A stretch of DNA of 64,000 bases from Chloroflexota bacterium (GTDB lineage Bacteria; Chloroflexota; Anaerolineae; Anaerolineales; E44-bin32). The stretch spans positions 13,135 to 77,134 of the forward strand of contig JADFRG010000010.1 in NCBI GenBank assembly GCA_022561385.1, given 5' to 3'. Below the pieces are notes generated by a model, which worked only from the letters and a program-made list of their open reading frames with translations, searched no databases and was not told the DNA's origin. Position numbers and translations under genes: made by a program. Positions 1 to 8,995 of the stretch are shown here, in pieces. Position 1 is the stretch's first letter; each line of letters starts with the position of its first letter.

Positions 1-75
1 GCAGCCGCCACCGAATTCGATGCAGGCGCTGCCCGGCCAAGACCGCCCCGAACAAGATCTACCCGCCCCCAACCC
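1..75 (-). pseudogene. Orphan 3'-terminal fragment of an EamA/DMT transporter gene
   Basis: Bases 1-75 match 1389-1463 (the 3' end of the intact EamA gene) with 4 mismatches (positions 3, 30, 60, 72), and the similarity ends at about 76. In the homologous frame the TTG Leu codon of the intact copy is TAG here (59-61, minus strand). The fragment may continue left of the window. Confidence 0.55.
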
Positions 76-356
76 GAGCGCCAGCCGAAAGTCGACGCGC
101 GGGGGGGAATGACCCAGATCATTGATCCGCTGGATCGGGAGAGGTTGATGAGAGGCGACAGTTGAATTGTCCGGGTCAAAGCTGAGGAAGTGTACAGAAA
201 TTACACCATTGACCAAGACGTTAACATACAATACGCTTTGAGTATGCGCCACTCAATGCCTTTCCCATCTGGGCGTGTGTCTCGTTTGTACTGCTGTTCC
301 TTCCTATTGGAGGCTGGCCAATGATCAAACGGGTTGAGAAAGCAAGGTAGACACCC

Positions 357-1079
357 ATGAGCAGGCGGCAAGCTATCCAGCGAGTCCTGGGACGATTTTG
401 GACCCGGACAGGCTTCGGTGGGAAGACTCTTTGGGACTGGATGCGGCTTCTTATGCTTCCAATTGTGCTGGCCGGGGCTGCATTCTGGATCAGTTCGACG
501 CAGCGTGGGATCGAGCTCGAGATTGAGAAAGATCGTCAACAGGAAGCTGTATTGCGGGAGTACATGGACGGCGTGACGGAACTGTTGCTTGACAATGGGC
601 TGCGCACTTCGGAGGAGGGAGCTCCGGTGCGGGCTGTAGCGCGGGCGCGCACGCTGACGGTAGTGCGCGAGTTGGATGGGAAACGGAAAGGGCTGCTGCT
701 GAGGTTCCTAAGCCAGTTAGACCTAATCAGGGGCGAGGCACTCGTTAGCCTAGGCGGTGCCGACCTGCGCGGGGCCGACCTGCGCGGCGCCGACCTGAGG
801 CTCGCCGACCTGAGCGGGGCCGACCTGCGCGACGCCGACCTGAGCGGGGCCAACCTAATCTTCGCCGACTTGTTCGGGGCCGACCTGAGCGGGGCTTCCC
901 TGAGCGGGGCTTCCATGATCGGGGCTGACCTGTTCAATGCCGACCTGAGCGGGGCCGACCTGAGCGGGGCCAACCTGCGCGACGCCAACCTGAGCCGGGC
1001 CGAGGTCACCGAGGAGCAATTAGCAAGCGCCACGTCGCTCAAGGACGCAATCATGCCCGACGGCACGCAGCACGATTAG
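357..1079 (+). CDS. Pentapeptide-repeat protein with an N-terminal transmembrane segment
   Basis: 240-aa ORF with an ATG start. The N-terminus is hydrophobic (LMLPIVLAGAAFWISS). The C-terminal half is a run of A(D/N)LxG pentapeptides (GADLRGADLRGADLRLADLSGADLRDADLSGANL...). Confidence 0.9.
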   Translation: MSRRQAIQRVLGRFWTRTGFGGKTLWDWMRLLMLPIVLAGAAFWISSTQRGIELEIEKDRQQEAVLREYMDGVTELLLDNGLRTSEEGAPVRAVARARTLTVVRELDGKRKGLLLRFLSQLDLIRGEALVSLGGADLRGADLRGADLRLADLSGADLRDADLSGANLIFADLFGADLSGASLSGASMIGADLFNADLSGADLSGANLRDANLSRAEVTEEQLASATSLKDAIMPDGTQHD

Positions 1080-1221
1080 CCTAGCTACTCCGGCGGGGGG
1101 GCCTACCGAACAGCCGTGGGCAAGCCGTCAGCGCCAACGGAGAGCGTCCACATGACTGACTAAACCGCCGCCGGGTTTGGCGTCCCCAGCGAGCAGGCGC
1201 TGGAGCACATCGACGCTCAAC

Positions 1222-1262
1222 GGTCGAGCATGCCCCGGACTGCGGCCTGGGCATGCTCGACC
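1222..1262. repeat. Perfect 14-bp inverted repeat (GGTCGAGCATGCCC / GGGCATGCTCGACC) with a 13-nt spacer, between convergent genes
   Basis: Read directly: 1222-1235 is the exact reverse complement of 1249-1262. There is no flanking T-run on either strand, so it is not a canonical intrinsic terminator. Confidence 0.85.
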
Positions 1263-1374
1263 GGGAGACCGCCGTCGCCAAGATGTCAAACTTGGCAACT
1301 GCAGCCCACGCCTTAGGCTGATGCCCTGACGCCTGCCCCGCATCCTCCCCGCTGCACGGGATTACCCCCACGGG

Positions 1375-2307
1375 TCACAGCCTCAATCGCGGCCGCCACC
1401 GAATTCGATGCAGGCGCGGCCCGGCCAAGACCGCCCCGAACAAGATCAACCCGCCCCCAGCCCACTGAACCGCGCTGAGGCGCTCCTGCAAGAACAACAA
1501 AGACCATATTACTGTAAGCAAGGTTTCCAACGGACCTAGCAGGGCCATCTGCGCGCTGCCGATGCTGCGCACCGCAGCGAACAACGCCAGCTGGGCAAGG
1601 TAGGTGCCCACCAGCACCAGTACCCCGATCGCCAGCCAGCCTTGCCAACCCGGGTCGCTCCATTGCGCGCCTCCTACCAGCCACCATCCAAGTGTAAATA
1701 GCGACATCGTGCCCACAACGTATAGGGTCACAGTTCGCGCCTCATAATCACGCAAATATAACTGCATCATGACAAGATAGACGGAGAAAGTGCAGCACGA
1801 GAAGAGCACCAGTAGGGCGCCAAGCAAGTCCACCTGCCCGCCGGGTCCGATCAGCAGATACACTCCCCCCAGTCCAAGCGCCAGCCGAATCGTATTGCGA
1901 TGCGTGAACTTCTCGCCCTGCAGCGCTAGCAGCCCCAATACGACCAGTGGATAGAGGGAGAAGATCATAGAAGCTATTGAGACGTCGATTCGAGTGAGGG
2001 ACCAGAAAAAGGACAGCGACGTCACTCCGAATGCCAAACCCGCCGCCCCTAACATCAACACCGCCTTTGGCTCCGGACGCAAACGGCTCGGGGAAGAGAC
2101 GGCGATGGTGCCTGAGAGCAGTAAGGTAGCCATCAACCATCTCACAGTCAACAGGCTTGTTGGATCTAGCCCCATTGAGAAGGCGACCTTGGCGACCGGC
2201 GCTGAAGTGCTAAAGGCGATTGTTGCGACCATCGCCATCGTCCAGCCTGTTCTCCGCTTGCCGCGTTCGACCGGCGCCCTGATACTGCCAGGAGCTAGAT
2301 TCGTCAC
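1375..2307 (-). CDS. EamA/DMT-family transporter (10-TM drug/metabolite exporter type)
   Basis: 310-aa ORF that is hydrophobic throughout, with two EamA-like halves. The ORF-track start is GTG; internal ATG starts (MAMVATIAF...) are also possible. Confidence 0.85.
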   Translation of the reverse strand: MTNLAPGSIRAPVERGKRRTGWTMAMVATIAFSTSAPVAKVAFSMGLDPTSLLTVRWLMATLLLSGTIAVSSPSRLRPEPKAVLMLGAAGLAFGVTSLSFFWSLTRIDVSIASMIFSLYPLVVLGLLALQGEKFTHRNTIRLALGLGGVYLLIGPGGQVDLLGALLVLFSCCTFSVYLVMMQLYLRDYEARTVTLYVVGTMSLFTLGWWLVGGAQWSDPGWQGWLAIGVLVLVGTYLAQLALFAAVRSIGSAQMALLGPLETLLTVIWSLLFLQERLSAVQWAGGGLILFGAVLAGPRLHRIRWRPRLRL

Positions 2308-2460
2308 CCAACGCTCCGAAACCAGAAGTGGAATAAAGGGGTACTTCGGCCAAACGCAGCTGCAGAGAAGCTTGCCAGGCTGCTATTCAACGGTCAAAGG
2401 CGCCTAACGAGGTCCGTGCCCTTGCTTGCTGTGAACTCAAAGTCGTATGTCGCCTCATGC

Positions 2461-3528
2461 CTATCTCAAGCTGACGAAATCGCCGAATTTCTGCATCGCC
2501 GGTGTTGGTTGTGTGCCGGCGTAGATGGGGTTGGTGATGGCCAGCATTTGGCCCTCACCGCCGAACACATCGAGTCGAACCCAGTCCGAGCGGGCCGGGT
2601 CGGTATTGGTCCTCCACCGCAAGACAGCCTGGCCGCCCTCAATCGGTGCCTCGGCGACGACGTGGCCGTTACTTACGATCTGAGCGCGGCCCGACGAGCG
2701 GCAGTCTGTGACAGTAGCCTTGAAATCGATTGCTCCACTCCATTCCCCAAGGTCGTCGCCAATTTCATAGGACTTTCCGTTGGTCTGCGCCTGCAGGCTC
2801 GCCCGGGCACCCATGCTTATGTAGGCCCGGTGACGCCGCAGTCCCTCTAGAATCGCGGCACCGGAGAGTTGCTATGCATACACATAAGTGCTGGGCAACC
2901 CAAGCCGTTCGGGGGGCTTGTCTTCACCCGGCTTCGGTTCGGGGCGGTGGTAATCGCTACCCCCAATTGCGGTAACCCGGCATCCGGCGTTCAGCCATTT
3001 CGTCCACAGCTTCAAGGCCTTGGGGTTCGCCTCTATGTTATCGGGCCAGCTTGGGTCATTCCAAACCTCAACGCAGTGAACATCCCCCATTTCCGCTGCT
3101 CCATCCCTCCACTCCCACGGCTCGAGCAGGGGATGGTTGAGAGAATTCAACAAGCCCAGGGCTGAAGTCTGTCGCAGGATATCCGAGGGCGCCCGGCCCG
3201 GCCGCTCGCCTATGTCCCTATCATGGACAAAGCCCTCCATCCACTCGGACCACCCCTCCACGCCGAAGACATTGAAGTGGCCGTCGCGGAAGGTAACTTC
3301 CATGCCGGGGATCACCAAGACCTCCCGCTGGTCGCCGAATTCAACGAAGGCGCTGATCGTGTTGTGATCGGTTACGACGATGAAATCCAGCCCCTCAGCC
3401 CGTGCCACTTCGACCAATTCGTCGGGCGTATGCTCCCCATCCGAATAGTTGGTGTGAGCATGGAAGTCACCACGATACCAGCCCGCTTGTGTATTGAACA
3501 CCTTCGAAAGTGACAGAGCTTCGGCCAT
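2461..3528 (-). pseudogene. PHP-domain metallohydrolase (CehA/McbA-like), paralog of 7599-8696, interrupted by a single in-frame TAG
   Basis: ORFs 2872-3576 and 2461-2814 are in the same frame, separated only by TAG at 2872-2874; the paralog has GAG (Glu) at that position. The N-terminus carries the PHP motif GWYRGDFHAHTNYSDG. The likely start is ATG 3528 (MAEALSLSKV) with GAGGT 5 nt upstream. Confidence 0.8.
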
Positions 3529-3819
3529 GGTTACCTCGGGAGATTCGCCTACTCCAACAAGGGTGTGCCCCTGCAATGCCAGGTTGGAGTCGACTCAAGG
3601 TTCTGATTCAATAGAGGGGCAAGGTCGAAAATGCCAACACAACCCGACTAAAGTGGGACGCCGGCCTACAAATGTCGGACCCACGGGAGGCGACTGTTAT
3701 TTCCATTCCTGGAGCAACCCGACGAGAACAAATTCTGCGCAAGGGAATCGATCCCGCGCCCCATATGAAGCCTTGGGTTCCTCCCATTTGTCGGGACATG
3801 CGACCTCTGAAGGCTGCGT

Positions 3820-4989
3820 TCAAAAAGGTAACGTGGCGTCGACCCAGGCGCCGTTCTTGGCGCTCGATTCCAGCGCGGCCTCCACGAATTTCACGCCTCG
3901 CGCCCCGTCTTCCACTGTCGGAAGCTGATGGGCCGGCGAGTTGGCCGGGGTCCCAGCACGCCGCGCGACGATCGCGTCCGCCATATCCGAGTAAAGGTTG
4001 GCAAAAGCTTCGAAGAACCCTTCCGGATGGCCCAAACTGACCCGCGTCGCCCGAGCCGCCTCCGCTGAGAGCCCTTCGCTTCCACGCCCGAGGGTCTGTG
4101 TCGGCCCATCCAGGGGAGAGAATTTCAGGTGGTTGGGGTTCTCCTGCTCCCAGGCCAGACCGCCTTGGTCGCCATAGACCCTGATGCGAAGGCCATGCTC
4201 ACTGCCCACCGCGATCGTGCTTGCCCACAGCATGCCACGTGCACCATTCGTGTAGCGGAGCAAGATGTGGGCGTTGTCATCCAGCCGCCGGCCCGGCACC
4301 ATCACGCTGAGGTCGGCGGATAGTTCCGCCAGCTCAAGGCCCGTAACGAAGGCAGCCAGGTGATGGGCATGGGTGCCGATGTCGCCGACTGCGAAGGAAG
4401 GCCCGGCCCGTGCCGGGTCCGTGCGCCAAGCCGCCTGCTTGTGGCCGGTCTGCTCCAACAGCGTGGACATCCAGCCCGAGGCGAATTCGACCTGCACCAG
4501 TCGAATCTGGCCAAGTTGTCCCTGCTCCACCATCGTCCGAGCGTGGCGCACCATAGGGTAGCCGGTGTAATTGTAGGTTATGCCGAAGATGAGCCCAGTC
4601 TCGCGGACCGTCGCCACCAGATCGAGGGCGTCTTCAAGGTTCGTCGTCAAGGGCTTGTCACAAATGACGTCGAAGCCGCGGTCGAGAAACGCGCGGCAGA
4701 TGGCATGATGGCTGTTGTTGGGTGTAACAACGCTGACCAGCTCGATGCCATCCGCGCGCTCCGCTTCAGCCTGCACCATTTCCTCGTAGCTGCCGTAGCC
4801 ACGATCTCGCGGGATCAGAAGCTCGTGGGCCGAAGCCTTGGCCCGATCCGGGTCTGAAGAAAGCGCTCCGGCAACCAGCTCGTAGCGGTCATCGAGGCGG
4901 GCGGCGATGCGGTGAGTCGCGCCGATAAACGAGCCGCGACCTCCTCCCACCATCCCCAGGCGGAGCCGACGCCCACCCTGCTCACTCAT
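3820..4989 (-). CDS. Gfo/Idh/MocA-family NAD(P)-dependent oxidoreductase
   Basis: 389 aa. N-terminal Rossmann motif [18 protein letters not shown] motif, and the C-terminal alpha/beta domain typical of the family. GGGAGGG lies upstream of the ATG. Confidence 0.9.
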   Translation of the reverse strand: MSEQGGRRLRLGMVGGGRGSFIGATHRIAARLDDRYELVAGALSSDPDRAKASAHELLIPRDRGYGSYEEMVQAEAERADGIELVSVVTPNNSHHAICRAFLDRGFDVICDKPLTTNLEDALDLVATVRETGLIFGITYNYTGYPMVRHARTMVEQGQLGQIRLVQVEFASGWMSTLLEQTGHKQAAWRTDPARAGPSFAVGDIGTHAHHLAAFVTGLELAELSADLSVMVPGRRLDDNAHILLRYTNGARGMLWASTIAVGSEHGLRIRVYGDQGGLAWEQENPNHLKFSPLDGPTQTLGRGSEGLSAEAARATRVSLGHPEGFFEAFANLYSDMADAIVARRAGTPANSPAHQLPTVEDGARGVKFVEAALESSAKNGAWVDATLPF

Positions 4990-5119
4990 GACATTCCCTC
5001 CCGGTGGATGTCCGTGACACCCCTCCGAACGAGCGTTTGAGCCCTGGGATCGCCTCCAGGCACGGGTTCTCTCCCCGCGTTGTGCCTGGCCGGTTCACGT
5101 CGAGCGCTGGTGCTCCCCT

Positions 5120-6106
5120 TCAGATTCTGACCGGCGAGCCCGTCTCATAAGATCTCAGCGCGGCGTCTGCCAGCACGAGCGCCATCCGACCATCCTGTTC
5201 AGTAACCATCGGCTTTGTGCCGGCTTCGATCGCATCGATGAAGTGATCCAGCTCCACTCTATAAGAATCCAGAAATCGGTCTAGCCAGGAGTCGAAGGTA
5301 CCCTCCTGTCGGGAACCCTCCGCCGTATAGTAATGAACGCTTTTCGGTCGCGGGTTGGTAGACTGAACCATACCTTCAGAGCCGAACACCTCGATCCGCT
5401 CATCATATCCATAAGCGGCCCGACGGCTGTTGTTGATAAAGCAAAGGGCGCCGCTGGCCGTCTTCATCAGCACCATCGAGGTGTCGACGTCTCCCGCCTC
5501 CCCGATCGCCGGATCGACCATGCAGCTGGCCATCGCGAAGACTTCGATGGGTTCTTCCCCGAGCAGCCATCTGGCGAGGTCGAAGAAGTGAATCATCTGA
5601 TCGCGGAATTGGCCTCCGGACACTTTGATGTAGCGGATGGGTGGGGGCTCAGGGCCGCGCGAAGTGAGAAGAACCATTTCGGTCGTGCCAACCCGTCCCT
5701 CGCGAATCGCGTCGTGAACCGCTCGATGGCTCGGATCAAAACGGCGATTGAAGCCGATGGCGACCGGCACGCCGGCTTTTTCAATCTCGCGCAGGCAGTC
5801 ATCCACGCGCTGGATGTCCAGATCGATCGGCTTTTCACAGAAGATCGCTTTTCCGGCCCTGGCCGCAGCCGTCAGCAGCTCCGCATGCGTATTCGTGGGA
5901 GAGGCGATCAGGACCGCGTCCACCTCGGGGTCGGCCAGCGCCGTGGCCGCATCAGCGACCTGCGCGCCATATCTTTCCGCCGCCTGCCGCGCCGCTCCCG
6001 CGTCGAGGTCCACCACATAGCGCAGGCTTGATTTGGGGTTCTCGGCGATATTGGCCGCATGAACGGAGCCGATCAAGCCGACACCGAATTGGCAGAACCT
6101 TATCAC
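5120..6106 (-). CDS. Gfo/Idh/MocA oxidoreductase, inositol 2-dehydrogenase-like
   Basis: 328 aa with a GTG start preceded by GGAGAG. Motifs: FGVGLIGSVHA Rossmann, FCEKP, GFNRRFDP. The overall pattern resembles IolG-type dehydrogenases. Confidence 0.85.
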   Translation of the reverse strand: MIRFCQFGVGLIGSVHAANIAENPKSSLRYVVDLDAGAARQAAERYGAQVADAATALADPEVDAVLIASPTNTHAELLTAAARAGKAIFCEKPIDLDIQRVDDCLREIEKAGVPVAIGFNRRFDPSHRAVHDAIREGRVGTTEMVLLTSRGPEPPPIRYIKVSGGQFRDQMIHFFDLARWLLGEEPIEVFAMASCMVDPAIGEAGDVDTSMVLMKTASGALCFINNSRRAAYGYDERIEVFGSEGMVQSTNPRPKSVHYYTAEGSRQEGTFDSWLDRFLDSYRVELDHFIDAIEAGTKPMVTEQDGRMALVLADAALRSYETGSPVRI

Positions 6107-6247
6107 GCGGCGTCACTCTCCTTTCGCTCTCTTCGTCTCACGCGGACCTCATTCAGGATCAGGGCTGGAGCGCCGCGCCCGAGTTTCATAGCAAGAGCAG
6201 GAGCGAGCGCAGAGTAGCGCATAAACTACGCCGCGGACTCGGATGGC

Positions 6248-7420
6248 CTAGATCTCGTCCACGGATACCCAGCGGCCCTCTTCCACCGAAAGGAGCACCG
6301 CGTCGATGACCTGGCACACTTTCCAACCTTCCTTAAAGTCAGGGTAGGTCGGCTCGTTATTAGCCAATGCGTCGAGCAGTTCATAGACCTCGATGATTTT
6401 CATGTCTTCGTAGCCCAGGCCAATTCCCGCCACGGGCCAGAATGAGTCGTAATAAGGGTGCTCGGGACCCGCCAAGATGGTCTTGAAGCCCTGCCGACCC
6501 GTTGGGTCCGTGGAAAGGTAGACGTTGAGTTCGTTCATGCGTTCGTGTACGAAATGCAGAGAACCCTTGCTGCCGTTGACTTCATAGGCCATGAAAACCT
6601 TCCGGCCCATTGCGATGCGGCTGGCTTCGATCGTGCCTGTGGCTCCATCTTTAAACTCGATCAGAAAATGGATGGAATCTTCATTCTCCACGGTACGCTT
6701 GGATCCCTCCGAGATGGCTTTGCTTCGGTAGCCATAGCTTCCTGCCGCCAGCGGGCGCTCTTTGATGAACGTCTTGGCTAATCCGCACACACGTTCGAAA
6801 TCACCCACCAAGAACCGCGCAAATTCAATCACATGCGCCCCAAGATCACCCAGTGCGCCGGAACCCGCGATGAGACGATCAAAACGCCAAGAGAAGGGCG
6901 CATTCGGATCGGCGAGAACGTCTTGGTGAAAAGAGCCCCGAAAATGGTAAATCTCCCCAAGCTCGCCTGCCTCGATCATTTCTTTAGCCAGCAACGCGAC
7001 TGGGTTCTTGATGTAGTTGAAGCCCACCATGGTTGTGACCCCAGCCCTCGCAGCCGCTTCGTACATCTGCTTGGCATCTCTTCCATTAAGGGCCAGCGGC
7101 TTCTCACAATAGATGTGTTTTCCAGCCTTTGCCGCCGCCAGAGCAATTTCCTTGTGTAGATTATTCGGCGTGGTGATGTCAACCAAGTCTACGCCCTCAT
7201 CGGCAACGACCTGCTCCCAGCCGACGACCCATTTCTCAGCCCCGAAATCGCGGGCTCCTCTCCGAGCCAGATCCTCCGTAACATCCCCCACCACCACGAG
7301 CTTCGGGAAGGCAGGGGCAGGGCGAAAAATCTTCGGCACCATCTCATAGGCCATCGCGTGGCCCTTGCCCATGAAGCCCGTCCCGATGAGCCCAATGTTG
7401 ATGGTTTCCACAGCCCTCAC
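6248..7420 (-). CDS. Gfo/Idh/MocA-family oxidoreductase
   Basis: 390 aa with a GTG start preceded by GAGGAA. Motifs: IGLIGTGFMGKGH Rossmann, YCEKPL, GFNY. Confidence 0.9.
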   Translation of the reverse strand: MRAVETINIGLIGTGFMGKGHAMAYEMVPKIFRPAPAFPKLVVVGDVTEDLARRGARDFGAEKWVVGWEQVVADEGVDLVDITTPNNLHKEIALAAAKAGKHIYCEKPLALNGRDAKQMYEAAARAGVTTMVGFNYIKNPVALLAKEMIEAGELGEIYHFRGSFHQDVLADPNAPFSWRFDRLIAGSGALGDLGAHVIEFARFLVGDFERVCGLAKTFIKERPLAAGSYGYRSKAISEGSKRTVENEDSIHFLIEFKDGATGTIEASRIAMGRKVFMAYEVNGSKGSLHFVHERMNELNVYLSTDPTGRQGFKTILAGPEHPYYDSFWPVAGIGLGYEDMKIIEVYELLDALANNEPTYPDFKEGWKVCQVIDAVLLSVEEGRWVSVDEI

Positions 7421-7598
7421 CCTACGTTCCTCTGAAGCGCCTCAGATAGTCTTTGATTTAACCTGTCTTCGTACTCGATACTTAGCACGCCGTCGAACCC
7501 CACCAGTCGCAGCGTGCCGTGTTTGTCGAAGAGGATCCATGCTGTGGGGCGACCGCCGCCAGCTACGGTATGAGACGTTGTGTCACGGGAGGCATTAA

Positions 7599-8696
7599 CT
7601 ACGATTGCTTACCGCTAGGCGCGCTTGCAAAATCCCCGTAGCTGTGAGAAACAGGCCTGCGCCGGGGGCCAACGTAAATGGGATTGGTGATGGCCATCAT
7701 CTGGCCCTCTTCGCCGAACACATCGAGTCGACACCAGTCCGAGCGGGCCGGGTCGGCATCGTTTCTCCACCGCAAGACAGCCTGGCCGCCCTCAATCGGC
7801 GTTTCAGAGACGACCTGGCCGTTTCTTACGATCTGGGCGCGGCCCGACGAGGGGCAGTCTGTGACCGTAGCCTTGAAATCGATGGCTCCACTCCGTTCCC
7901 CCAGGTCAGCCCCAATCTCATACGTTGTGCCGTCGGCTTGTGCCTGAAAGGTCACCCGCGCGCCCATGCTTACGTACGCGCGCCGCCGCCGCAGTCCCTC
8001 CAGGATCGCGGCGCCGGAGAGTTGCTCCGCATACACATAAGTGCTGGGCAATCCCAGGCGTTCGGGTGGCTTGTCCTGACCCGGCTCGGGTGCCGGCTGA
8101 TGATAATCGCTGCCGCCAATTGCAGTTATCCGATAGCCGGCATTGAGCCAATCTGTCCACAAGGCCACTGCCTTGGGGTTGGCGTGATCGTTTTCCGGCC
8201 AACTGGGGTCGTTCCAAATCTCAAGGCAGTCCAGGTAACGCAGGTCGGTCGCCCTGTCGCGCCACTCCAGGGGGGGCTCCCAGGGCATGAGCGGATGGTT
8301 GATCGAATTGAGCAGCCCCTGCGAGGAGGCGCCCTGCATCAACGCGGTTGTCGTCCCATAAATGCCTGTTAATTCGGATATGTTCTTGCCGGTGCAGATG
8401 TGCTCCATCCAGTCGAGCCGACCTTCCATGCCAAAGACATTGAAATGCCCCTCCTTGAGGGTGACCTCCAAGCCAGGGATAATTAGAGTGGTCGGGTCAT
8501 CGCCGAATTTGGAGAAGGAGTCAATGGTGTTGTGGTCTGTGACGGCGAAGAAATCGAGCCCTTCGGCGATCGCCACCTCAACCAGTTGGGCCGGCGTGTG
8601 TACCCCATCTGAGTAGTTGGTGTGCGCGTGGAAGTCGCCGCGATACCAGCCGGCTTGCGGATTGAGCACTTTCAAAAGGGATAGAGACTGTGACAT
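7599..8696 (-). CDS. PHP-domain metallohydrolase (CehA/McbA-like), intact paralog
   Basis: Carries the PHP motif GWYRGDFHAHTNYSDG and the ...GGSDYH metal-ligand region, plus a C-terminal beta-rich domain. The start is taken at ATG 8696 (MSQSLSLLKV) by alignment with the paralog; the ORF-track start is 8735. Confidence 0.85.
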   Translation of the reverse strand: MSQSLSLLKVLNPQAGWYRGDFHAHTNYSDGVHTPAQLVEVAIAEGLDFFAVTDHNTIDSFSKFGDDPTTLIIPGLEVTLKEGHFNVFGMEGRLDWMEHICTGKNISELTGIYGTTTALMQGASSQGLLNSINHPLMPWEPPLEWRDRATDLRYLDCLEIWNDPSWPENDHANPKAVALWTDWLNAGYRITAIGGSDYHQPAPEPGQDKPPERLGLPSTYVYAEQLSGAAILEGLRRRRAYVSMGARVTFQAQADGTTYEIGADLGERSGAIDFKATVTDCPSSGRAQIVRNGQVVSETPIEGGQAVLRWRNDADPARSDWCRLDVFGEEGQMMAITNPIYVGPRRRPVSHSYGDFASAPSGKQS

Positions 8697-8995
8697 GGAG
8701 AAGTCCTTGTTGTTGTGGAAGAACGCACCGCGCACAAACCAACCGCGTGCGCCACGTCCGCCAGTGGGCGCGACATCGGCGCCCAGGTGTTCGTCCCGAT
8801 CCTATGCCGTGTAGCTGGCCTAGGGAATTTCAAGATCAAGGAGAGGTATACACTGCCCGCAGCCGGGCGCTGCATAGCGGGGGGAATCACGCTGATTGTT
8901 GCAGCCTGGGATCTATGTGGGAGATTATGTTTATTGAGCGGCAACTTCGCGCGCCAAGTTACTGACCATCATCCAAAAACGCATGTGCTTCATTG

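Noticed and set aside
201-539. 112-aa minus-strand ORF overlapping the start of the pentapeptide-repeat gene.
   Set aside because: It has no motifs and overlaps a well-supported + strand gene and its upstream region, so it is probably spurious.
2872-2874. In-frame TAG in the PHP gene, and TAG followed by an in-frame homologous tail at 49676, as evidence for TAG recoding or stop-codon reassignment.
   Set aside because: TAG terminates many well-supported genes in this window at the expected family-typical C-termini, for example at 1077, 6248, 7599, 8996 and 56963. It also ends the leader ORFs. A nonsense mutation and a displaced 3' end are simpler explanations.
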